A stretch of DNA of 63,959 nucleotides, filler included, from Octopus bimaculoides (GCF_001194135.2; 6 parts of 5 records of this genome joined end to end with filler, not necessarily neighbours in it), one strand, 5' to 3'. Shown: positions 12,777 through 25,489, numbered from the whole stretch's first letter. A program made the numbers and translations. The notes: generated by a model from the sequence alone, not told the origin.

Positions 12777-12935
12777 GAAGGACTTCTTTCAGTTTCTCCT
12801 CTACCAAATCCACTCACAAGGCTTTGGTCAGCATGCGACTAATAGTAGAAGATACTTGTCCAAGGTGAAACCCAGTGGGACTGAACCCGGAACCATGTGG
12901 TCACTAATCAAGCTTCTTACCACACCACCATGCCT
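12520..12935 (-). mobile_element. SINE family B, full-length, CpG-decayed
   Basis: Same architecture as 8330-8775, with an internal (CA)n(TA)n tract. Confidence 0.8.
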
Positions 12936-13593
12936 GTTATAGATACAAACAAAACAAAAATGAGAGAGAGAGAATGAACTGTTTCAGTCACTTATAAATC
13001 AATATTTGATTTACTTACTCTTTCTCTCCCCACTCCCACCACCACTGCCATTACATCTGCACCTCTATCATTTTTCACTGACATCTTGATGTGTGTATGT
13101 GTATGTGTGTGCACACAGATGTGTGTGTATGTATGTGTGTATGTGTATATGTCAGCTTGAAAAATGAGTTTTTTATACATATGTATTTTTCTTTCGACAT
13201 AAATAAAATACAACAAACACATAAAAACCAATACAAGCAAACCAATTTTGTGAAGGCTACTGTTATCTCCTAACATTTCCTTCAAGAAATGTTATTAACC
13301 AATTTATTTCTCAACACTGTCATAATGATAATAACAATAATGTAAAGTAATGTTTCACAAATCAACTTTTCTTTCTTTACTAAACATTTTTCATTCTTAT
13401 GGTTTAACAAAGGAAGGACTTCATTTCCACTGAATGATTGAATGGTTATATTTCTAGCTTTCATGGTGTTTGTTGCAATGTCAAATTATTCTTCTTAATT
13501 AGTTATTTCCACTCTGCATGGATATATATGTGTGTAGAAATGTAGATGTGCACATGCGTGTATATATATAAATATATATGTGTAAAAATATAC

Positions 13594-13647
<54 letters not shown>

Positions 13648-15581
13648 GTATGTGTGCATATATAATGTATATATATGAATACATATATATATATATATGT
13701 ATAGATACATATATTACATATTATATATATATCTTATATATCTACAATATATACATACACATACACACACACACATGCACATATAAATGATAATAGAATT
13801 GGAGTGCACTGCTTTGTATTGCAGAAACAGCTGTAAGCTATTGAAGGTGATTACATAACTCCTGTTCTTTTGTCATTTATTCATTAATTGATATTACACT
13901 CTGTAATTGCCTACGGCTTTACTCTACAATGCGAATACATTGAGTCCTAACAACTGATTAATAGTATTACTATTGCTAAGTGAAAGCATAATATGTCTTT
14001 TGCCAGATATGTTTTCATGGAGGATCTGGAACAAACAATACCACTTGTGTGGTGGCATCCATTTACCACTACCACACAATGTCAAGACAAAACAATACAA
14101 GCACACACATGTTCACACACAAATGTAGCATACTATTTTCTGCCACAGAATATTGCTTCAATAATTCTTTTCTAATCTATCCCATTGAATGTAAAATTAT
14201 GATAAGGACATGTGTGTGTGTGTGTACATTTGTACTCATATTTTGTTTTCTACAAAAGCTTATTATATCAAGTATGAAATTATAATATTCCTCACTGTCC
14301 CCATACTGTCTTGCAACCTCTATCCATCATACTTTCTGCTCTTCTATTTTCTTTCACTTGTATATACCTTTTTGTACTTTGAAGGTCTATTCCAACACTT
14401 CGTCACTGCTATTTTATCTAGTTACATCCACCCCTTCTTTTATAATGTGAGTAACCAGCAGTCCTCAACAGCAAGAAACCTGTTCTCTTCTGGCCCATTC
14501 TCTCATATTTGAACCTTCATCTTCTAACACGTAGCTGTCTCTTTCTCTGCTGTAACTGCACTCACTCAAAGGATCTTGCAAGTGACATGGTGACATCACT
14601 CATGCTGATGCCATGAAGATTAGTACCCAGTACACTCTGTGAAGTGGTTGAACATTAAAAAAAGTGTCCAGGTGTAGAAAACATGCCAAAGTTGACAGTG
14701 GAGTAGGATGCAGTCCTCAGCCCCACTGGATCCTGTCAAACTTGCTAACCCATGCCAGTAAGAAGGAAGGATGGCAAAAGATGATGGAATCATATTTACA
14801 GCTGATAGTGTACCAGATATGTCTTCCCAGATGTAAATAATATTCATGAAAATTGCTGTCAATTGATTAGAATTGTCAGATAATTGGACAAAATGCCTTG
14901 CAGTATGTAATTATAGTTATGGCTAACTTTGTTCTGAGTTCAAATTTCTCCAAGTTCAACTTCGCTTGTGAACCTTCAGGGGTTAATAAAATAAAGCACA
15001 ATCAAAGAATTGCCAGCATAATTGAGAGTACCACTTCCTAAATATTTATAGCCTTGCGCCAATTTAATAAATCAATAATTATTCATCAAAGCATAAGCTA
15101 TTAAGTTGCAGAGATTATCAGAAGCTCAGTTGGTATGTTACACGAAATTAGTCGGATTGTATTTCAGTTGGAAGTTAAGAAATCAAATATGTATGTGATG
15201 ATCTCTTTCACCAACATGCATTCCTTCCCTTCTCATTCTCTCTTCTCTAATATTTAAGCCAGTCATTCCCAGTCATGCACCTTCTTTCATTTGTTTTATA
15301 TTCATCTAACCCATGCTAACATGGGTTGAATGAATATACTATTGAGGTATTGTTTGTTTTCGAGCCAGATGCCCTTTCTTTCACAAACCTATACTGGGTT
15401 TTCAGGTAAAGGATCTCATATTTCATCTACATTCAAAGGCATGAAGAGAGTGGATGAATTGGTGGCAAGAGAAGTGACAACATCACTTTTAATTGTGAGC
15501 AACTTTCACAGAATACAAATATAACACACAATGATGATGATGATGGTATATATATATATACGCATGCACATATATGACGAT

Positions 15582-15619
<38 letters not shown>

Positions 15620-16566
15620 CATATACACATACATATATAGTTAACCAACCAAGTGGTTGGTTAAATATATGTTTAGATATAGTGTCAGTATATAACTGAA
15701 ATAAAGCTAATATAGGCATTTTTATACCTAACAGTATTATTATTACTCCCAACTGTCTTAGAGTAGACAATGCAATGATGTTCTATATATCATATTCATA
15801 TATAACACAAATTCCTGGTATGAAAGTAGTTATAATAGAAATAAAACCTACAGTTTCTTAACCATACAGTCATGTTTGCACCACAAAAGTAATATGTCTC
15901 TTAAAATGCGAAAAATCTTAACAGAAATTCTAAATATGAAAACTTGATATGTTTCTTTTTTGAATAAAGAAGTATTTAATAATTTTTCCACAGTATGAAT
16001 TATTGATATTTATAAGCTAAAAAAAATACATAAATATCTTATTTTTTAATACGCTTATTGACTTTATGAATATAGTGTGTGAATAATATTTATATTTTTC
16101 TAAATTGTGCCTTGAGAAATGAGGGAAAAAAAGTGTTTGTGAAGCACTTAAATCGAGGTAACCAATTCCACTGTAGAAATATCTTATCATCAACTACTTT
16201 GTCACTATAACTCATTTTTCTAATTTTCACTAACATTAAAATACTGTTTTGGGAGAAACAAATGCAGGTACATACACATATATCCATATATGATAGGCTT
16301 CTTTCAGTTTACATCTACCATATCCACTTACAAGGCTTTGTCTGCCCAGAGCAGACAATAGAAGACACTTGTCCAAGGAGCCATGCAGTGTAACTGAACC
16401 CAAGTACATGTGTTTGGGGAGCAAATTTAAGACAAAAAAATAATTGGAAAATTAAGAGGTATTTACATTAACTAAGTTCAGAATTAGAATAGTTAATATA
16501 AAATAGGATGACAAAAGAATATTTTTCCTTATTGGTTTGTGCACATTCTATAATTCTGCTTTAAAG

Positions 16567-17022
16567 AGACATGTAGCTTGGAAGAAGTTCTTTACTATAG
16601 GTGTGTCATCTAAGAGTAGCTTGGAAGAAGTTCTTTACTATAGGTGTGCCATCTAAAAGCATTCACTTTGCTATTTTATAGATTCAGGATTTTGGTAGAA
16701 ATTGCTAGAGCAAACAAGTTGAAACCAGCACATTTGCTGAGCTATGTGTGTGTGTGTGTGCGCGCGTGCGCGTATATATAAAATATAATTAAGATTTAGT
16801 TGAATTAGGTACTTAAACTGAGCACACCTAGACAATATCAGGTGAATATCAAATTCTGTGCAGAAGTGTTTGCACTTGATATTCTTGCAGTATATGCAGA
16901 TAACACAACCCAGTTTAGTGAAGGTCATGACTGGAACACTGGTAGAAGGATTAAAGATGCTTTATGTTGCAGTCCAGGAGTAGATGAGAACCTTGATGAG
17001 ACTGACATAGATAATTATAGAT
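16567..17022 (+). CDS. Candidate small exons of an unidentified gene (16567-16600 plus an open frame 16809-17022)
   Basis: 16567-16600 has AAG| and |GTGTGT sites. The frame from 16809 is open for about 80 codons (VLKLSTPRQYQVNIKFCAEVFALDILAVYADNTTQFSEGHDWNTGRRIKDALCCSPGVDENLDETDIDNYR), with acceptor ttcttgcag| at 16890. No homology recognised. Confidence 0.25.
16573..16658. repeat. 43-bp direct tandem duplication
   Basis: GTAGCTTGGAAGAAGTTCTTTACTATAGGTGTG(T/C)CATCTAA(G/A)A occurs twice, with 2 mismatches. Confidence 0.9.
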
Positions 17023-17040
17023 GTGAAGTGGTGTTATTAA

Positions 17041-17407
17041 CCCTTTCATTATGATATTTACGTAGAAATGGACCTTTAATTTTGAAAATAATGAAGAATT
17101 TAGTAAAATAATTTTGCCATTTTTAAACTGATGTTTGGAAAATGAATTAGCATTTAATTTTAATGAGAAATTTTAATTTAGATCACTTCAAAACAGGAAG
17201 GTTGTACCATAAACTGAAGTCAACCTGTGCAATGTCGTTCAGTAAGAAAAGATATAAAAGACAAAATGGAATGTAAGCACTTCTGTTGAAATAATTTCAT
17301 GATCAGTTGCTCTTTGAACAGAAAGGTATATAGTGATGGTTCATAATTACCCGAGTAACAAAGGTAATATACCAGGGTCAGTCTCAGACAAGTCAGTATC
17401 AAAAAGC
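17041..17407. mobile_element. piggyBac-type MITE (family 1) carrying an internal insertion of about 155 bp
   Basis: TTAA|CCCTTTC...ATCAAAAAGC|TTAA ends. The body matches 18455-19149 except for the insert at about 17214-17370. Confidence 0.7.
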
Positions 17408-18331
17408 TTAAATGAATTCGATATACATATTTTAGATAGATGTATTTTTCCAAAAATACTTCATGATGATTTTCTCTTTTTCTGTGTTCAAAGCTCAAAA
17501 TACAAATCTGAAGTCTGAATCAATGATGTAATAAACATTAAGAAAATTCACTCTGTTTTCAAGTCTACCCTTTTAAAGAATGTTCTTATTTTAATTGTTA
17601 TCTTGGTTTAATGTATTTTTCATTCTGTGAGATTACTGAACAGTGAACTCTTGAAATATCAAATGTGACTTTACTTGGGTTAACAACAATTGCAAAATAC
17701 ATAAAAAGAAATGTTTTAAATCATTTAGACACAGCTGTTGTACTTAAATTACAGATACCATGCTAGTGACCATATTATTTAACTCAGTTGATTGTGATAC
17801 AGTAAATTGTTCATTGCCCCTCAAAGAAAGAGTGGATCATGATAAAATATCTGTAGATTAACCATTTGACTGCTGCTTTTGGTGGAAGGGTTAGAATATG
17901 AGTGTCATAAGTTTATTCTGTTAACCCTTGTATACCAAGGGATCTAAATTAAAACCTTTATGCAAATTTATGCTCCAAACAACAGCTTAATAATAATGAA
18001 GCTGTTTTAAAAAATTGTTTATTATTTTCAAAAAATAATTGAAACAAAGTATTTTCCAACAGAAATATTATAACAAAAATGGTTAAGGTGAACATTAAGT
18101 CAATAAATAATAAATAATGATAATGCATAGATAGTATCATTATTGAAAAGTGAATATAAACTGGAAAAAAAAAAGAAGAGAAAAAAAAGGAAAAGTAATT
18201 ATAATGAACCATCACTATATACCTTTCTGTTCAAAGAGCAACTGATCATGAAATTATTTCATCGGAAGTGCTTACATTCTGTTTTGCCTTTTATATCTTT
18301 TCTTACTGAATGACATTGCACAGGTTGACTT
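17217..18331. repeat. Inverted repeat pair, arms 17217-17350 and 18195-18331 (about 134 bp, 6 substitutions and one 3-bp indel)
   Basis: AAGTCAACCTGTGCAATGTC...GATGGTTCATAATTAC is the reverse complement of GTAATTATAATGAACCATC...GCACAGGTTGACTT. Confidence 0.92.
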
Positions 18332-18363
18332 GACAGCAGACACACTTTCACAACCGACTCCAG
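18324..18363 (+). CDS. Candidate 40-nt exon (VDLTADTLSQPTP)
   Basis: A long pyrimidine tract ends in GCACAG|, the donor is CAG|GTAAAT, and the frame is open. Confidence 0.25.
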
Positions 18364-18454
18364 GTAAATTTCAAAATCACTTTTGATTTGGTTTATTACA
18401 TTTACTCTTTCATTTCCACATTTCAAATGAAAAATTCTACCTTCATTTCAGTTG

Positions 18455-19149
18455 ATTCTGAAAATAATGAAGAATTTTGTAAAGTAACTGTGTCACTGTT
18501 AAGCTTATATTTGGAACAGATTAATGTAAAATTTTGATGGAAGGTTTCATTTTAGGTTACTTTGACCCTTTTGTTGCTAAATTTCTGTAGAAATACAGTG
18601 TTTTTGTTACAATAAAATTTTGCAAATAATGAAGAATTTAGTAAAATAATTGTTACTATTAACCCTTTAGCATTTAAAAAACCAGATCTGGCCCAAAATA
18701 TTCTACTTCTTTTATGTTCAAAACAGCCAAATCTGGCCTTTCACATCTATTCTAAAATGTCATTCAAAAGATATACAGTCACTTCATTGAAATCTTGAAG
18801 CTACAAAATAATACATGATAAATTCAAAAATTTGTGAATATGTAAGCATTAAATGTGACAGAGTAACCTGAATGTTAAAGGGTTAAGCTTGTGTTTGGAA
18901 CAGATAAGCATGAAATGTTGATGGACAGTTTTAATTTAAGTAACTGTTGCCATATTTTTGTAGAAATACATTGCTTGTGTTACAATTAATTTTAAAGATA
19001 ACAAAGAATTTAGTCAATTCATTAAGCTGGTGTTTGGAACATAAATTGATACAATATTTTGTTAGAAAGTTTTAATTTGGATCACTTCAAGGCTGGAAGC
19101 TTGTATCATTGAGCCAATGTAGTCTCAGTAGGGCTGGTATCAAAAAAAG
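18455..19149. mobile_element. piggyBac-type MITE family 1 with about three tandem internal units, interrupted by a second MITE
   Basis: A recurrent unit AATAATGAAGAATTTAGTAAAATAA...TTAAGCT.GTGTTTGGAACA. The right end is GGTATCAAAAAAAG|TTAA. Confidence 0.65.
18663..18882. mobile_element. piggyBac-type MITE family 2 (220 bp), nested
   Basis: TTAA target-site duplication at 18659-18662 and 18883-18886. TIRs CCCTTTAGCATT / AATGTTAAAGGG match at 11 of 12. Removing it restores the host unit TATTAAGCT.GTGTTTGG. Confidence 0.9.
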
Positions 19150-20275
19150 TTAACAAAATATACAAACTTATGATATTTTATCATAGTCTACTCTTTCTTT
19201 AGTGCAGTGATCAATTTAATGTGCTACAATCAAAATGACTGAAGTTATATGAATTTTAGAAACCAATTATAATAAATTTTGATTAAAGACTTCTATTTCT
19301 ATACATCATAATCCTACAAAAAAAAAAAAAAGCAGTGCATGTAATACACTGGAGATAATTGTTATGGGTTATCATTAAAGCATTGTAAAGCACGTTATAC
19401 ACAAGCACACATTATATATGAAAAAATATGGCAATAGTCTTGAATTTGTTATGTATCAATCATATAGAGTTCTAGTTGAACATTTTTTATATCAATTAAA
19501 TGCCACTAAAATTCCTGTACATAATTTTAAGGTAGTAANNNNNNNNNNNNNNNNNNNNNNNNNNNNNNNNNNNNNNNNNNNNNNNNNNNNNNNNNNNNNN
19601 NNNNNNNNNNNNNNNNNNNNNNNNNNNNNNNNNNNNNNNNNNNNNNNNNNNNNNNNNNNNNNNNNNNNNNNNNNNNNNNNNNNNNNNNNNNNNNNNNNNN
19701 NNNNNNNNNNNNNNNNNNNNNNNNNNNNNNNNNNNNNNNNNNNNNNNNNNNNNNNNNNNNNNNNNNNNNNNNNNNNNNNNNNNNNNNNNNNNNNNNNNNN
19801 NNNNNNNNNNNNNNNNNNNNNNNNNNNNNNNNNNNNNNNNNNNNNNNNNNNNNNNNNNNNNNNNNNNNNNNNNNNNNNNNATATATATATATATATATAT
19901 ACACCAGAGTAAGCACATAAATCTGAAACAAGGTGGGAAAAAATAGTACTCGAATACTGGAGGTAGAGTACTATGCTTTATTATTAAAGCTGCAATGTGA
20001 TGTATTTATATATATATATCGAGTCCTTCCTGTGCCATAGGCTCATAAGGCTGTTTTCCTGGATTCTGTGGTGTATATATTCACTCCCTGTTCGTCACTG
20101 GATTAAACATTTTTGCCAAATGAGTGGACTGGATTAATGTGGAATGAAGAACATAACATGTGAAATCTAGAACACAGCATGTGAAATGAAAATCACAACA
20201 CATTGTCCTATCTAGGAATCGAAACTACAATCTTATGATTATGAGTTCAACACCCGAACCACTAAGCCATGCACC

Positions 20276-20321
<46 letters not shown>

Positions 20322-20339
20322 TGCACATGCACACACATT

Positions 20340-21260
20340 CATACAATGGAGTTCTTTCAGTTTCTGTTGACCAAATCCACGCACAAAGCTTTGGTCAGCC
20401 CAGGTCTATAGTAAAAGACACTTGCGCAAAGTGCCATGTCATGTCCTGAGACTGAACCCAAAAGCACACAGTTTACAAGCAAATTCCTGAACCATACACA
20501 GTGCATTTTGAGAAAAAATAAAGCCCAGGTAGTAAAATGCAGAGTAAAAGATATATGGATAAGACATGCTATTAAGGATTACGTGAGGATTACTCTGAGG
20601 TTTTTGTCAATGCTGGCCTGCACCTACTTTGGTTTCCAAATTTAGAATCTCAGCATATACAGTATTCAGAGAAATCCATGTTTTATTTTATTCATGGAAT
20701 TGAATAGCAGTTTAGTTCCAGTTATAATGACTATATTATTAAGAATGTAACTCTTGAAGAATGAGAGATTAAGTTAATGGTTATACTACTTAGATGAAGA
20801 ACCATCAAAACACTTCACCATTTCCATTCCATAAACACAGAACCCATACTTGTTCACACACACACACACACTGACATGCACACAAAACTATACACACTTG
20901 CACAATTACAACCACATACATATATGTGCAAATACATCTTGCAGACATGGCTGTATAGTAAGAAGATTGCTTCTCAGCCACATAGTTCCAGGTTCAATCC
21001 CACTGCATGGCACCTTGGGCAAGTGTCTTCTACTCTTGCATATATATATATAGATAGATAGATCTTTGTATCTGTGTTTGTCCCCCACCACCACCACTTG
21101 ACAACTGGTTTTGATGTGTTTGCATATCTGTAACCTAGTGGTTCAGCAAAAGAGACTGAATAGAATAAGTACCAGGCTTAAAATGAATAAGTACTGGGGT
21201 TAATTTGTTCAACTAAAATTCTTCAAGGTGCTGCCCCAGCATGGCCACAACACACTCCCC
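20340..21260. mobile_element. Two SINE family B copies in opposite orientation (20340-20490 on -, 20945-21260 on +)
   Basis: Both match the family B head/core consensus. Confidence 0.75.
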
Positions 21261-22183
21261 AGTCCAGGAATTGAAACCACACTCTTATGATAATGAGTTC
21301 AATACCCTAACCAGTAAGCCAAGTGGCTCCACACACATGTACACACAAGCATATGTGCATGCACACACACACACACACGCACACACACCACACACACACA
21401 CGCACACACACCACACACACACACGCACACACACACACACACTCTTACAAGTAAACGATAAAAGATACATAACATGCACGTGCATAACCCTATCGACACA
21501 AGTATACATGTATGTACATTTACAAACGCATACAAATACACAGATACATGCATACATACATACATACATACAATTAATGAATGTGTTCACACATACGCGT
21601 ATAAACACACAGAGATATGTATAGAAATACAGACACGTGTGTGTGCACTGGCACGTCTCCTTAGTTACACATTCCTACATGTGTGAACAGGGAAACAAGA
21701 GATGAAGTAAAATGTAAATTGCATAAAAATACAATAAAGTAAGTTTATGATATTAGTTCATTAATTACCAATTAAAACCTATTTGCCATTGTGGTTGTAT
21801 TATGTATTTTTATATCTCACATGTAAAAAAAAATCCATGTATGCACAAGCACATGCACACACATGTGCACACAAACACATACAACCTACAACACATATGT
21901 ATGCACATATATATGAACAGTTGTGTTGTTAAGAGATTCACTTCACAACCATGTGGTTTTGGGTTTGATCCCATTGTATGACACCGTTTCTTTTCTACTA
22001 TAGCCTCGGGCTCAACAAACCTTTGGTAATAGATCTGAAAGATAGAAACCAAAACAAGACCATTGTGCATGCACACACACACACATATTTATAAGAAGAA
22101 GGTAAAAAAGTGATTAAAAAATCTATGGTGAATTAAAGATGTGATTTTCTGTACTCGTATTTTTGTTATATATATGTACACAT

Positions 22184-22278
<95 letters not shown>

Positions 22279-22280
<2 letters not shown>

Positions 22281-23560
22281 TAGCTGGTGTACCTGGTAAT
22301 TCCTGGGGGTAAAGATGTTCTATTTAAACGCCTTATTACTCTGATATAAAAAAGTAATTTCATTACAACTGCCACAAAAGGTGTATTGTCCTTCGCGAAA
22401 AAGTACGAAAAACTGTCAGCTGGAGGTGGGAGAAATTGTTGGAGGTTGGCGAGAAAGATTGTCAGAGGTTGATGAGAGAGGTTGGCGAGAGAGATTGTTG
22501 GAGGTTGTTGAGAGAGGTTTCCGGAGGTTGGTCAGAGAGGTTGTCAGAGGTTGTCAGAGGGAGAGGCATCTTTGTTCCAAAATTTCAGTCTTGCAGGGCT
22601 TCGTGATACACAATGTTTTTAGTTTTGCCATTGGGTGCATAAATGAATAAATTTTCCAGATTTCCAACTCTAGAGCATCTGACATAGAGCTGTCCATGAG
22701 TAAAAGCAGGATTGGGACACACTTATTAAATACGTTCTGGAATCAAAAATTTATCTACTGTCATCAGAAAAGTTTAACTGGTAAAATGCAGAATTTTCGG
22801 AGTTATGGGCATTCAACATGTAATCAAGTTTAATTGAAGACCTTGCATGCATTGCCAACATTTAGTTATTTGGATATGTTGAAAAAATGTCTATTCATGC
22901 AATATCTAAATTAATTACAGCAATATGTATATAACTGTTTAGATATTGAAGTAGAATAGACGAAGAATAATTGTTTGATTTAGTAAATATCAAATATAAT
23001 GAATCAGAGACTTACCTGAGATCGCCATTGATACATTAGAGCAGCTTGTGAAGTAGAAGCACTCACTCGTGCTCTTACTCATCATGGCATTTTAAAGGTT
23101 AACTTTATCAAGGCTAATTTATTAAAGCTAATATATAAATGTAGTATATATAAGTGCAAAGAAAGTATGTATGTATATAAATGTATGAATGAAGTCTCTA
23201 AGGTTTAAGAGTCAAATCAAAAAAGTGCAATAATAAGGACTAGCAGTTTAAAACTGCAAGTAGTGAAATGCAGAATTAGGTCTGCTGATCATGAGAATCA
23301 AAAATTGATTGCTTCACTAAAAACTGACAATTTTAAGTGCAGGTGCTATGGGTTATTTCCCTTGGATGTTTAAATAAGCTATATTAGTTATATGGAGTAG
23401 ATATAAGGATCCCTTCCAGGGGCCCTATTATCGATTTTTTTTCAACAATCTAAGTATGTCACAAGGTTTCCAGACATGAGTTCTACTCACATGTCAAACT
23501 TCATCAAAATCGATAAAACGATGTAGGAGGAGTTAGCTAACAAATCCACAATACAACAGA
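22279..23560 (+). mobile_element. Possible Helitron/Helentron-like non-autonomous remnant with internal AGAGGTTG minisatellite (22420-22560)
   Basis: It starts with ACTAGCTGGTGTACCTGGTAATTCCTGGG next to (TA)n, a CpG-decayed form of the ACTAGC...ACCCGGC..TGCCCGGG-type end. A far-end motif reads AAACTTCATCAAAATCGAT...GTAGGAGGAGTTAG. The two ends may not belong to one element. Confidence 0.35.
23016..23085 (-). CDS. Candidate start-codon exon (MMSKSTSECFYFTSCSNVSMAIS|)
   Basis: Consensus donor CAG|GTAAGT and an open frame. The same bases also give a + strand candidate exon at 23040-23097 (AACEVEALTRALTHHGILK, AAG|GT), so the strand is unresolved. Confidence 0.22.
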
Positions 23561-23699
23561 CTTCATTCAGTTTCCATCTACCGAAACCATCCATAAGACT
23601 TTGGTTGGCCCAGGGCTTTAGTTGAAAACAGGTATGTGTGTATGTTTCTAACACTTTGTCATGACATCACTCAAACAAAAGTCACTACCATCCAAGCTG

Positions 23700-24460
23700 T
23701 TTTACTTTTTACAGATCTTCCATGCAAACATGTCCTGTCATGGGGTTCAGACACATAGATGCAAACAATATGCTTTTAGGCCCTCATTTGTACTGAGATG
23801 GTTGAATCTTCTTGAGTAGAGCAACTCACCAATCATCTCAGTCTTTTGTCATTTCCTCTGTGGAACTCAAATTTGGAGGTCATTCTTTACTACTTCATTC
23901 CATGCCTTTCTGGGTTTCCCTCTTCTACAGGCTCCATCTACAGTTGGTGATCAGTACTTCTTTATACAACTATCTTCATCTGTATGCATTACCAGTGCAG
24001 TCATCTCTCTGATACACTACATCTGATTCCTCTTATACCCAATGTTTCTCTCAACACATTTGCACTTTGTCTTTATGCAGCTGTTCTCATCCATATGCAT
24101 CACCAATGCAGTCTTCTCTCTTGCACACTGCGTCTGATTCCTATTACACCCTATTTTTCTCTCAACACATTTGCACTTTATCATTCTTGCACATTGATTT
24201 TGCACAGCCAGCCAGCAGAGTATGCTAGCTTCATTTCTTACTAGCTTTTGCATGTCCTCTGCATTCATAGCTTACATTTCACTATCATCTAGCATTGTTG
24301 TTTGTGTACAAGCATCATACAATCTACCCTTAACTCTGAGAGAGATGCTTTTTTGTTATCAAACGAGATAATGGCTCTCTGAACATTCTCCATCCTATTA
24401 TTATTGTAGCAACCATGCTTTCAGAGCAACCTCCTCCACTGTCTGTTAGGTCACCTATCT
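23700..24460 (-). mobile_element. RTE-clade LINE 3' region, degenerate, with an internal duplication of about 110 bp
   Basis: - strand translation gives IGDLTDSGGGCSES...GWRMFRE, KGRLYDAC..TML..SE.*AMNAEDMQKLVRNEAS, VMHMDENSCIK and VDGACRRGKPRKAWNEVVKNDL, the RTE C-terminal GxRxRGRPxKxW motif. Confidence 0.88.
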
Positions 24461-24469
24461 TTTGTTTTT

Positions 24470-24676
24470 TAGTTGAATCAGTTATTTGATTGTGGCTATG
24501 CTGGAGCACCACCTTGAAGGGTTTTAGTAAAAAAAAAAAAAATAGGCCCTAAGACTAATTTTTTAAAGCCTAGCTCTTATTGTATTGGTCCTTTTTGTTG
24601 AACTGCTAAGTTACAAGGATGTAAACACACCAACACCAGTTGTCAAGTAGTGGTGTTGGGCAAAAACAGACACTAC

Positions 24677-24729
<53 letters not shown>

Positions 24730-24865
24730 TGATGATGATGACAATGGGCTTCTTTCAGATTCTGCCTACTGCAAGGCTTTGGTCAGCCTGAGAAAACACT
24801 TGCCCAAGGTGTCATGCAGTGGGATTGAACTCAGAACCATGTGGTTGGGAAGCAAGCTCATTACC
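24470..24865 (-). mobile_element. SINE family B, full-length
   Basis: Family B consensus with an internal (CA)n tract. It abuts the RTE fragment. Confidence 0.8.
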
Positions 24866-25489
24866 TAGGTAACAAAAACTGCCTACTACCTCTGTGGATC
24901 CTTTTGAACATTTGACAAAAAAAAATATACTTCCCTTGTGCTTTTACTGTGTATTGCTTCTGTGCATCAGCCACACATAAAACCTACTTTCTCTGTTAGC
25001 TATCCATTCCATTTCTTACGTGTCCACAGTTTGCATTGAGTACACCCTGTAGAATCCCTGCCAGTGCCTTTATCATTAACAAAGTTATTTTCCTAATGAG
25101 ATTTGTGTGTTGTTTGTTTTCCTGCTTCCTAGAATTTTGTCTTTGCTTAGTTAATTCTAAAGCACATTAATTCCAGGATTTACTTCCAAGCCTGGAATTT
25201 AATTTCTAATTCTACTACAGATTCAGATATAAGGAAAAGCTCAACAACATAGAGAAGCTTCCATGGGCAAATGGTCTTAAACTTTTCTCTCATGCATATA
25301 TTCAATATCTAAATATACATATTTATAAATATGCATGTTTATATATATGAATATAAAACTTATACATCTATATAGGTATACATATAAACCCACCCAAACA
25401 CGTATATAACATATAAATACACACACACACCCACTTATATATAAATATCTGTCTCTGTCCCTTTCTGTGTATGTGTGTGTGTGTGTACA

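Noticed and set aside
16885-16915. VYADNTT as a LINE RT YADD motif
   Set aside because: The flanking residues show no other RT motifs.
18324-18363. VDLTADTLSQPTP resembles the threonine aldolase N-terminal VDLRSDTVT.PT motif
   Set aside because: The match is only 13 aa, and I found no following GDD..GEDPT or PSGTM exons in the segment, so no gene symbol is assigned.
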